From: an uncultured Dechloromonas sp.
GTDB lineage: Bacteria; Pseudomonadota; Gammaproteobacteria; Burkholderiales; Rhodocyclaceae
Assembly (NCBI GenBank): GCA_964561415.1
Contig: CAZLPR010000001.1
Location: forward strand, 1 to 49,146
Length of the DNA stretch: 49,146 bases
Direction of reading: 5' to 3'
Below, one piece after another: positions 1 to 8,348 of the stretch; positions within the stretch are counted from its first letter, which is position 1; each line of letters starts with the position of its first letter. The position numbers and the translations under genes are program-made. The notes beneath the pieces were generated by a model. It had not been told where the DNA came from, did not search any database, and saw nothing but the letters and a program-made list of their open reading frames with translations.

Positions 1-1
1 C

Positions 2-478
2 GGCTATCCGCCTTCCGTTTTTGCCCGCCTGCCGCAACTGGTTGAACGCGCCGGCAACGGGATTGAAGGCGGCGGCTCAATTACCGCTTTTTATACGGTG
101 CTGGCCGAGGGCGACGATCAACAAGACCCCATTGCCGATTCGGCCCGCGCCATTCTCGACGGCCATATCGTGCTTTCGCGAACACTTGCGGATGCCGGCC
201 ATTACCCGGCAATTGATATCGAACAATCGATTAGCCGGGCGATGGTTAATCTAATTGACCAACCGCACATGCAGCAAATCCGCAAATTCAAAGTTTTGTT
301 CTCACGCTATCAGCGTTCACGCGATTTGATCTCGGTCGGCGCCTATGTGCCAGGCTCGGACCCTGTGCTCGATCAGGCTATTAACCTTTACCCAAAAATG
401 GAAAGCTTTCTACAACAACAACTGACAGAGCAATCTGTCTTTGCCAACAGCGTCAGCACGTTGAAGTCCTTACTCTGA
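2..478 (+). CDS. fliI: Flagellar export ATPase FliI, 3' part (5' truncated by window edge)
   Basis: Frame open from position 2: [61 protein letters not shown]; directly upstream of fliJ. Confidence 0.97.
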   Translation, partial: GYPPSVFARLPQLVERAGNGIEGGGSITAFYTVLAEGDDQQDPIADSARAILDGHIVLSRTLADAGHYPAIDIEQSISRAMVNLIDQPHMQQIRKFKVLFSRYQRSRDLISVGAYVPGSDPVLDQAINLYPKMESFLQQQLTEQSVFANSVSTLKSLL

Positions 479-484
479 TAAGCA

Positions 485-934
485 ATGGCTCAATCCTTTC
501 CTCTGCAAACACTGCTTGAACTGATGCAAAGCCGCACCGATGAAGCATCGCGTCAACTCGGTCAATTGATTTCCGCAGAACAAAACCAACGCAGTCGCCT
601 GCAGATGCTTGAGGAATACCGGTCAGAATACGCTCAACGCCTGCGTGATGCCAACGCACAGGGTATTACACGCTTGATTTTGCGCAATTATCAGGACTTC
701 CTCGCCCGTATCGATGAAGCGATTGAACAACAGCGCCTAGCCGTTCTGAGCTCTGAACGCAGCACCAAAGCCGGCCAGGTGCAGTGGAGCGACCAAAACA
801 AGAAACTCAAAGCCATTGACACACTATCCGAGCGCCACGATGCCCGTGAGCGTTACCGGGAAAACAAGCAGGAACAGAAGCTGCTGGATGAGTTTTCATC
901 CCGCAAATACAGCACCCAGGACCCTACCGATTAG
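485..934 (+). CDS. fliJ: Flagellar export protein FliJ
   Basis: 149 aa coiled coil with NYQDFL and EQKLLDE motifs; lies between fliI and fliK. Confidence 0.93.
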   Translation: MAQSFPLQTLLELMQSRTDEASRQLGQLISAEQNQRSRLQMLEEYRSEYAQRLRDANAQGITRLILRNYQDFLARIDEAIEQQRLAVLSSERSTKAGQVQWSDQNKKLKAIDTLSERHDARERYRENKQEQKLLDEFSSRKYSTQDPTD

Positions 935-940
935 CGAATC

Positions 941-956
941 CGGCACATACATTGCT
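941..956 (+). promoter_or_regulatory. Putative sigma54 (-24/-12) promoter for fliK
   Basis: CGGCAC-N5-TTGCT, GG (942-943) and GC (954-955) correctly spaced, about 40 nt upstream of fliK ATG. Confidence 0.7.
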
Positions 957-994
957 TATAGCAGGACAAAACAACGTCCACCAAAGGATTCAAA

Positions 995-2269
995 ATGGGC
1001 CTCAGCGTTATCTCCTCATTGCCCAACGGCATCAGCTCTGCCGCCTCTGTGCAAATTAACAGCCTTGCCGAAGGCCTGCCGGGTGAGTTTGCCGCTCTGC
1101 TCTCTGGAGGCCTGCTTGGCACCATCGAAACATCCTCAAACCTGACTCAATTTACGTCAGATATAGCGAAGCTGGAGAAAGACCCAAGGCTCTCCGCAGA
1201 GGACGTTCCGGCGGAAACGATCAATTTGATCGATCCATCCATGTTGACCGCACTTGCCGGCAAACCGCTCGCAGCAGCAGATATTCCAATTCCAGCACGA
1301 GGTGCGATCGGGCTGCAAGTTAAAACCGACAAGCAGGATGACGCAATGGCTGACCCAGTGGAAACATCAGTGGCCGACAACCCGCTCTTGTCGCCAGATA
1401 TGCCAACACGTCATTCAATCGACCTTCAGGCTGCGATCAATCAGCTTGAGGGGCAGACGGCAAACATCCCGGCTTTGCAACCGGAAATCGTCGCACGTGG
1501 AAGTATCGGTAACCTTCCCACACCTGAAGGAATTGAAAAACGGATCCCCGGATTCCCCTCCTCCGCCAATGCCAGCGCCAAACCTGTGTTTAACGAGGGG
1601 CGCCCGGCGCAAACAACATTGACGAACGATCTTGGGACTTTCGAAAAGTTTCTGCCTGGCGGCCCACGCACAGCACCAAGTGGCATACCGGGCAACGAAA
1701 CGGCAAAATTTGCCGGCGAAATTAACACCGTGGAAACAACAAGCCCGACACAGAGCGCAAGTACAAGCGCGAGCACAATCGCCACTCCACTCGCAAAGCT
1801 GTCACAGGCCGCCCCGACTGATCAAGCCAACATTCATAGCCATCTGCGCGAAAGCACATGGACGCAGGAGTTTGGTGAAAAAGTGGTCTGGCTGGCGAAA
1901 AATGATCAGCAATCAGCCCGCATCAACATCAATCCACCAGAATTGGGTCCCGTGCAGATCACGCTCAGTCTTAACGGCGACCAGGCAAAGATTGCCTTCT
2001 CTTCGCCACATGCTGAAGTTCGACAGGCGATTGAAAGTGCCATGCCTCAACTCAAAGAAATGCTCTCTTCATCAGGCATCAATTTGGGCCAAAGCAATGT
2101 CGGCGCCAATTTATCTCAACAAACTCCTGACAATCCTTACCAGGCGGCAAACGCAAAGCACTTGGCAGACGAAAACGCTATACTTCCGGCCAATGACAGA
2201 GCAGCGTTAAGCCAAAGCAGCAGTTTAGTTCTGCAAAGAGGACGTGGCTTGGTCGACTTGTTCGCGTAA
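995..2269 (+). CDS. fliK: Hook-length control protein FliK
   Basis: Low-complexity P/A/S/T-rich N-region; C-terminal domain ARININPPELGPVQI..VRQAIESAMPQLKEML; synteny. Confidence 0.92.
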   Translation: MGLSVISSLPNGISSAASVQINSLAEGLPGEFAALLSGGLLGTIETSSNLTQFTSDIAKLEKDPRLSAEDVPAETINLIDPSMLTALAGKPLAAADIPIPARGAIGLQVKTDKQDDAMADPVETSVADNPLLSPDMPTRHSIDLQAAINQLEGQTANIPALQPEIVARGSIGNLPTPEGIEKRIPGFPSSANASAKPVFNEGRPAQTTLTNDLGTFEKFLPGGPRTAPSGIPGNETAKFAGEINTVETTSPTQSASTSASTIATPLAKLSQAAPTDQANIHSHLRESTWTQEFGEKVVWLAKNDQQSARININPPELGPVQITLSLNGDQAKIAFSSPHAEVRQAIESAMPQLKEMLSSSGINLGQSNVGANLSQQTPDNPYQAANAKHLADENAILPANDRAALSQSSSLVLQRGRGLVDLFA

Positions 2270-2301
2270 TCGAAATCCAGAATATCTAAAGAGGGGAAAA
2301 A

Positions 2302-2859
2302 ATGGCGAAAGATGCGAAGCCTGCAGAGGACGGTGCCGAAGCACCTCCCAAGAAAAGCAAAAAGCTATTGATCATCATCGTTGCCGCCATATTGATTCTG
2401 GCAATCGCTGGCGCTGGTGCCTTTTTCCTGCTTAAAGGCGGGGATCATGCTGAGGACGATGAAGAAGCTGCGACAGAAACCACAAAGCCGAAAAAGAAAA
2501 AAGGGGAAGCTGCGCCAGCGCCAGTTTTTGTCAACCTTGAAACTTTTACGGTCAACCTGATCCCTGAGGCTGGCGACCAGTACCTGCAAGTCATTCTGGC
2601 TCTTGAGCTCGAGGATGCGACCGCTGATGTCGAGCTCAAGACCCAGATGCCTAAAGTTCGAAACAACATCATGCTCCTGCTTTCTTCCAAAAAAGCCTCC
2701 GAACTACTCTCCAAGGAGGGGAAAGAGAACTTGGCAGAGGCATTGAAGGAGGAGGTCAACGACATTCTCGTTCCGCCCAAGAGAAACAAAAAAGGGACAA
2801 AAATAAGCAGCGAAGGCCCGGTCAAGTCAGTTCTATTCACCTCTTTCATCATTCAGTAA
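2302..2859 (+). CDS. fliL: Basal-body-associated protein FliL
   Basis: Single N-terminal TM, FTVNL motif, ends VLFTSFIIQ. Confidence 0.95.
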   Translation: MAKDAKPAEDGAEAPPKKSKKLLIIIVAAILILAIAGAGAFFLLKGGDHAEDDEEAATETTKPKKKKGEAAPAPVFVNLETFTVNLIPEAGDQYLQVILALELEDATADVELKTQMPKVRNNIMLLLSSKKASELLSKEGKENLAEALKEEVNDILVPPKRNKKGTKISSEGPVKSVLFTSFIIQ

Positions 2860-2865
2860 GGAGCC

Positions 2866-3885
2866 ATGGCCGGCGACTTTCTTTCTCAGGATGAGGTTGA
2901 CGCCCTACTCAAAGGCGTCACCGGAGAAACTGACGAACCCGAGGAAAGCCAGGGCGAAGGTGGCGGCATACGTGCGTACAACATTGGTACGCAAGAACGC
3001 ATTGTGCGTGGGCGGATGCCGACCCTTGAACTGGTCAATGAGCGCTTCGCTCGTTACTTGCGGATAGGACTCTTCAATTACATGCACCGGAACGCCGAAA
3101 TTTCAGTCGGCCCGATCCGTGTGCAAAAATACAGCGAATTCATTCGCAACCTGGTCGTTCCGACCAACTTGAACCTGGTGGTGGCAAAGCCTTTGCGCGG
3201 CACGTCTTTATTCATTTTCGACCCTAATCTTGTTTTTTTGGTCGTTGACAATATGTTCGGTGGCGATGGCCGCTTCCATACCCGGGTCGAGGGCCGCGAC
3301 TTTACCGCTACCGAACAAAGAATAATTCAAGGCCTGCTCAACGTCGTCTTTGCCGAGTACAGTAAATCCTGGAAACCAGTACACGAAATCAATTTTGAAT
3401 ATGTGCGCTCGGAAATGAATTCGCAGTTCGCCAATATCGCCACCCCCTCCGAAATCGTCGTATCTACGACGTTCACCCTGGAATTTGGTGGCGCAACGGC
3501 CGATATGCACATCTGCTTTCCGTATTCGATGCTGGAGCCGATTCGCGATCTGTTGTACAGCACGATGCAAAGCGATCAGCTTTCTTCTGACAAACGCTGG
3601 ATCGGCACATTACGCAAACAACTTCAGGGTGCCGAGGTAGAAATCGTTGCTCACCTGGGATCCGGTAAAATCACGCTCGGTCAGATCCTGAAGCTCAAAG
3701 CGGGTGATGTGATTCCGCTAAATATTTCCGAACGAATTCAAGCTACGGTAGATAACGTACCGCTGATCGAATGCACCTATGGCCAGCAAAATGGTCAATA
3801 CGCACTAAAGCTCGAGCGATTCATTGCATCCTCGCCCGACGCGCCGGCTAACGATCCGGCAATGGGAGACAAAAATGGCAAATGA
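2866..3885 (+). CDS. fliM: Motor switch protein FliM
   Basis: N-terminal LSQDEVDALL CheY-P-binding motif; RIVRGRMPTLE; C-terminal SpoA domain. Confidence 0.97.
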   Translation: MAGDFLSQDEVDALLKGVTGETDEPEESQGEGGGIRAYNIGTQERIVRGRMPTLELVNERFARYLRIGLFNYMHRNAEISVGPIRVQKYSEFIRNLVVPTNLNLVVAKPLRGTSLFIFDPNLVFLVVDNMFGGDGRFHTRVEGRDFTATEQRIIQGLLNVVFAEYSKSWKPVHEINFEYVRSEMNSQFANIATPSEIVVSTTFTLEFGGATADMHICFPYSMLEPIRDLLYSTMQSDQLSSDKRWIGTLRKQLQGAEVEIVAHLGSGKITLGQILKLKAGDVIPLNISERIQATVDNVPLIECTYGQQNGQYALKLERFIASSPDAPANDPAMGDKNGK

Positions 3886-4309
3886 AATGGATGGCATGGA
3901 AAATATGGTCACAGAGGACGACGGCCAGATCAGTGAAGACGATTGGGCTACCGCAATGGCGGAGCAAGCCATCGCCGACGCACCGTCCGCCCAGCCGGCT
4001 AATATTTTCCCGGCATTCGGCGCCAATGCTGGCAACACCGGCATGATGAACGAACTCGACATGATTCTGGACATTCCAGTCAAGTTGACCGTCGAACTCG
4101 GCCGAACCAAGATCACAATCAAAAACCTTCTTCAGCTAGCACATGGATCGGTTGTTGAACTGGATGCGATGGCCGGGGAGCCAATGGACGTTCTGGTCAA
4201 TGGAACGCTGATTGCCCAAGGTGAGGTTGTTGTGGTCAACGATAAATTTGGCATCCGTTTAACCGACATCATCACCCCCTCTGAACGCATGAAAAAACTC
4301 AATCGCTGA
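3875..4309 (+). CDS. fliN: Motor switch protein FliN
   Basis: LDIPVKLTVELGRT..GEVVVVNDKFGIR; start placed at ATG 3875 after GGAG. Confidence 0.96.
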   Translation: MANEMDGMENMVTEDDGQISEDDWATAMAEQAIADAPSAQPANIFPAFGANAGNTGMMNELDMILDIPVKLTVELGRTKITIKNLLQLAHGSVVELDAMAGEPMDVLVNGTLIAQGEVVVVNDKFGIRLTDIITPSERMKKLNR

Positions 4310-4362
4310 ACGCCCCCGCGTGTTTGCTTTAAGATAGCGCCCTGACTATTTGATGCTCTAGG

Positions 4363-4788
4363 TTGCCTGTCTTGCTACGCTTTCTACTACTGTTCGCTCC
4401 CTTTTCAGCCCAGGGAGTTGAGGCAACGACGCCCGCTACCGTCTCGGCCGGGAGTTATCTTCAAGCAACACTTGCCCTAGCGCTTATCGTTGCTTTACTG
4501 CTCGGCCTGGCATGGTTAGCCAGACGGGTTTCCGTCAGCAAGGGGTTTGGTCAAGGTGGTCTGAAAGTCGTCGGTGGTGTCGCGCTTGGCCCACGGGAAC
4601 GCATTGTTTTGCTAGAGGTGGGTGATGAATGGCTGGTGGTTGGGGTTGTTCCCGGACAAATCCGCACATTGCACCGGTTGGCCAAAGGTGAGCCTGCACC
4701 CGCCACTGCGGCTTCATTTTCTCCTAGTGAAGAAAAACCTTTTACCCAATGGCTACAAAGTATTACCGAGCGACGCAAGCATGATTAA
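4363..4788 (+). CDS. fliO: Flagellar biogenesis protein FliO
   Basis: TM followed by LGPRERIVLLEVG..LVVGV; between fliN and fliP; TTG start uncertain. Confidence 0.88.
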   Translation: MPVLLRFLLLFAPFSAQGVEATTPATVSAGSYLQATLALALIVALLLGLAWLARRVSVSKGFGQGGLKVVGGVALGPRERIVLLEVGDEWLVVGVVPGQIRTLHRLAKGEPAPATAASFSPSEEKPFTQWLQSITERRKHD

Positions 4789-5527
4789 GCGCCTGCTGGC
4801 AGCCCTGGCATTAATGATCCCGGCCGGCATCGCCATCGCCCAGGCAACCGGCGGGCTTCCGGCCATCACCAGCGCCCCCGCAGCCGGAGGCGGTACAACT
4901 TATTCATTGACCATCCAAACCCTGGTGCTAATGACGGCATTGACCTTCATTCCAGCAGTCGTTTTAATGATGACCGGCTTCACCCGCATCGTTATCGTTC
5001 TTTCATTGCTGCGACACGCCATGGGGACGACTACTTCTCCATCAAACCAGGTCATTATCGGTCTCTCCCTATTCCTGACTTTTTTCGTCATGAGTCCGGT
5101 CCTGGAAAAGGTTTATGTTGACGCCTATGTACCGCTCTCCGAAAACAAAATCAATATTATGCAAGCCGGTGAACGGGCGGCCATTCCCATGCGCAATTTC
5201 ATGCTCTCGCAAACACGGGAGTCAGATCTTGCTCTTTTCGCTGGCGTAGCAAAAATCGACAAGATTGAAAAACCAGAAGACACGCCGCTACGCATTCTCG
5301 TGCCCGCCTTTGTCATCAGCGAGCTTAAAACAGCATTTCAAATTGGCTTTATCCTGTTTATTCCTTTTTTGGTCATCGACATGGTGGTGGCCAGCATATT
5401 GATGTCGATGGGTATGATGATGATGTCACCAGTCATGATTGCCCTTCCCTTCAAAATCATGCTATTTGTACTCGTCGATGGTTGGCATTTGGTCATCGGC
5501 TCCTTGGTCCAGAGCTTCACAAAATGA
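4781..5527 (+). CDS. fliP: Export gate protein FliP
   Basis: MTGFTRIVIVLSLLR, PAFVISELKTAFQIGF, LPFKIMLFVLVDGW; start at ATG 4781. Confidence 0.97.
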   Translation: MIKRLLAALALMIPAGIAIAQATGGLPAITSAPAAGGGTTYSLTIQTLVLMTALTFIPAVVLMMTGFTRIVIVLSLLRHAMGTTTSPSNQVIIGLSLFLTFFVMSPVLEKVYVDAYVPLSENKINIMQAGERAAIPMRNFMLSQTRESDLALFAGVAKIDKIEKPEDTPLRILVPAFVISELKTAFQIGFILFIPFLVIDMVVASILMSMGMMMMSPVMIALPFKIMLFVLVDGWHLVIGSLVQSFTK

Positions 5528-5793
5528 CACCAGGAACAGTGATGGAAATTGGCCGACAGGCGATTGAGGTCGCCCTGTTAATTTCGGCGCCACTTCTCCT
5601 CACTGCACTTGTCATCGGTTTGATCATCAGCGTCTTTCAGGCGGCCACCCAGATTAACGAATCAACACTGCAATTTGTCCCTAAACTGGTGGCTATTTTT
5701 GCAGCGCTAATACTGCTCGGCCCATGGATGCTGCAGTATCTGATCGACTACATTCAACGACTATTCGGCAGTATTCCACAGTTGATCGGCTGA
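5524..5793 (+). CDS. fliQ: Export gate protein FliQ
   Basis: FQAATQINESTLQFVPK; ATGA overlap with fliP stop. Confidence 0.96.
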   Translation: MTPGTVMEIGRQAIEVALLISAPLLLTALVIGLIISVFQAATQINESTLQFVPKLVAIFAALILLGPWMLQYLIDYIQRLFGSIPQLIG

Positions 5794-5795
5794 GC

Positions 5796-6578
5796 ATGAT
5801 CAGCCTTGATTCGGCACAAATTGATGCCTGGATAGCCCTATTCATCTTTCCACTAGCCCGCATCCTGGCCTTCATTGCCTCAGCCCCCCTGTGGAGTACT
5901 GCGGGTATTCCACGGCGCACCCGCCTGATCATGGGGATTGCCATCACTGTAGCGATTGCCCCCAGCCTACCGGCCATGCCCGATGTGCAACCCGCATCAA
6001 TGGCTGGCTTGTGGATAATGCTGCAACAAATGCTGATCGGTATCGGGATGGGCTTTGCTGCCCGGATCATATTTGCCGCCTTCGACTTGGCAGGCGAATT
6101 TATCGGCTTACAGATGGGCCTTGGCTTCGCGACTTTTTTTGACCCACTGAGTTCGTCACAAACGCCTGTCATTGCCGAATTTTATAGCCTCATCGCGTTG
6201 ATGCTACTTCTGTCGATGAACGGCCACCTGCTCTACTTCGCCACGCTGGCCCAAAGTTTTTCTGCGATTCCCGTCAGCGCCATTCCGCTGGGGGCTGCTT
6301 CATGGCTAAATTTAGCCGAACTTGGCTCGAAAATATTTGCTGCCGGACTACTGCTGGCTCTACCCGTCGTCGTCGCCTTGATGATTACCAACGTCGCGCT
6401 TGCCGTGCTCACCCGCGCCGCGCCCCAATTAAATATTTTTGCCCTTGGCTTCCCGTTAACGCTCATCGGTGGATTTGCCGCTATTGCGATGAGCATGCAT
6501 TATCTTACCGTGCCGATTCAGGCAATTTTTGAATTTGCGATGAGCGCCATGCTCGGCTTTGCGGTATCAGGCTCTTAA
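5796..6578 (+). CDS. fliR: Export gate protein FliR
   Basis: Multi-TM; QMGLGFA and RAAPQLNIFALGFP motifs. Confidence 0.96.
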   Translation: MISLDSAQIDAWIALFIFPLARILAFIASAPLWSTAGIPRRTRLIMGIAITVAIAPSLPAMPDVQPASMAGLWIMLQQMLIGIGMGFAARIIFAAFDLAGEFIGLQMGLGFATFFDPLSSSQTPVIAEFYSLIALMLLLSMNGHLLYFATLAQSFSAIPVSAIPLGAASWLNLAELGSKIFAAGLLLALPVVVALMITNVALAVLTRAAPQLNIFALGFPLTLIGGFAAIAMSMHYLTVPIQAIFEFAMSAMLGFAVSGS

Positions 6579-7048
6579 TTTCGTTCGTTCTGAAGGAACG
6601 AGTCCGCCTGCTGGCGCTGAACCAACTTAATCGTTCCCTCGGCCACACGGCGTGCACCAATCGTCTGGGATTCAATACCCTCGGTATATTCAAGAAGGTG
6701 ATAGTTGGTGAAACCCTGCTCATACTGTAACTGGCTGGCCCGACGCTTCAGAATCTGAATCGACTCCCCCGCCCCTCCAGTATGGTAGCGCTTCATTTTC
6801 AGCGAAAAACGATAGGTATCCTCGTTAAGCTGTGATTCCTCAATCTCCCAATTGGGCGCGAGCGGGTCGTAGACAACGTGAATAGCAGCCGCCACCACTG
6901 CCGCAGCAGCCAGTGTTGCCAGGGAAATCGAGGTGCCTGCGGTCAACTGAATTGATTGGGCGGGAAGCAATGGAGATGCAGTACCGCCAGTTGAACTACA
7001 ACCGGTCATTGCAACCCCGGTCGCCAGCATAAACACCGCAATCTTCAT
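6575..7048 (-). CDS. Hypothetical lipoprotein, last gene of the flg operon
   Basis: 157 aa; signal peptide with lipobox-like MTG-C; ATGA overlap with flgL stop; no family recognised. Confidence 0.75.
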   Translation of the reverse strand: MKIAVFMLATGVAMTGCSSTGGTASPLLPAQSIQLTAGTSISLATLAAAAVVAAAIHVVYDPLAPNWEIEESQLNEDTYRFSLKMKRYHTGGAGESIQILKRRASQLQYEQGFTNYHLLEYTEGIESQTIGARRVAEGTIKLVQRQQADSFLQNERN

Positions 7049-8337
7049 AAAATATTAAACAAACTCAGCTGACTGATTTGCTTGAATGACAATTGCGCCG
7101 CCTCAAGCTGCATCTGCTTTTGCGCCATCTCGCTAATGGCCTTGGCGTAATCCAGATCCTGCAGGCTGGACAATGAGCTGTCGTATTGCAACTGTAGGTC
7201 TGCCCCTGAATTGGCTAGAGAATCCAGTTCGTTGAGACGGGTTCCCACCGACGTGTGCACGTTCAGGATGTTTTCCATAGCCTTATCGATGCTCGACAGA
7301 TTGGCTGCAAGCTTATTGGCGTAGTCCGTGGATGTTGTCCCGACTGCACTACCAATGCCCTCGGTCAGCATATCGATAGTGCTTCTCAGCGTCGTGAAAA
7401 TATTTTGCTCTGTACTGGGCGTGATTGAGAAAGTATCACCGGCAACAGGTGCACCGGAAATCGTTACGGAAGCGCCTAAATCAGTAGCACCACTTCTCAG
7501 CGGGATTGGCTGCCCCGAAATATACGCATGCGGACCATCGATGACCCTCTTCCCAGTTACTGAATCAGTATCAAGAACTGTTAATTGATAATTGGTCGCA
7601 TCAATAAAATCAATCCCGATCTCTCCGGGGTAACTAATAGGATTCGTCGGATCCGTGTTATCTACACCCCACAAACTCGGGTCTAAAAGCGCCTGATTCC
7701 AAGTTTTGAGACTATTCAAGCCACCCTTATCGATACTGGCTGTACCTTGATTGCTAGCGCTATCTGTTACGAAGGCACCGTTACCCCGCCCAAACAAGGC
7801 TCCACCAGAAACACTGGTCGACATCTGACGCGAAGCTTCTACTTGCACCAAACGCTGACCATCATCCCCCGCATAATTAGCGCCTGTTGTCGTAGCATCA
7901 AATGGGCGAACCGCTCCTTGATAGCCGGAAAACAGATAACTTCCAGTGCCATCCTGAGAATTGGCGATGCCAAGCAACTCAGAAAAACGAACCTCCAGAT
8001 CATTGGCAAGGAAGCCGCGATCAGCATTATTCAGCGTGGCATTGCCTGCCTGCACAACCTTTCCACGAACATACTGCATCAGATCGCCTACGGCACTGAT
8101 CTGTCCTTCCAGCAGGCCCAGGCGCCCTTTGGCGCCATCCTGATTACGCAAATATTGAGCTGAAACCTCTTTCGATTGCGTCAATACCAAAGCTTGCGAG
8201 GAAGCAATCGGATCATCTGACGGCGTCAATATCTTGCGCCCCGACGACATCTGGTTTTCCAGTTTAAACAAGTCAACCTGGTTACGACCCATACCACGGT
8301 TAGCGGAGTCATAAATTTGTGCGGTGCTGATTCTCAC
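7045..8337 (-). CDS. flgL: Hook-associated protein 3 FlgL
   Basis: (V)RISTAQIY..SSGRKILTPSDDP, YLFSGY, C-terminal DLDYAKAI..SLFN; GTG start after GAAGGGGA. Confidence 0.95.
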   Translation of the reverse strand: MRISTAQIYDSANRGMGRNQVDLFKLENQMSSGRKILTPSDDPIASSQALVLTQSKEVSAQYLRNQDGAKGRLGLLEGQISAVGDLMQYVRGKVVQAGNATLNNADRGFLANDLEVRFSELLGIANSQDGTGSYLFSGYQGAVRPFDATTTGANYAGDDGQRLVQVEASRQMSTSVSGGALFGRGNGAFVTDSASNQGTASIDKGGLNSLKTWNQALLDPSLWGVDNTDPTNPISYPGEIGIDFIDATNYQLTVLDTDSVTGKRVIDGPHAYISGQPIPLRSGATDLGASVTISGAPVAGDTFSITPSTEQNIFTTLRSTIDMLTEGIGSAVGTTSTDYANKLAANLSSIDKAMENILNVHTSVGTRLNELDSLANSGADLQLQYDSSLSSLQDLDYAKAISEMAQKQMQLEAAQLSFKQISQLSLFNIL

Positions 8338-8348
8338 GATATTCCCCT

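Noticed and set aside
1632-2210. 192 aa alternative-frame ORF inside fliK
   Set aside because: Fully overlaps the conserved FliK C-terminal domain and has no protein-like features
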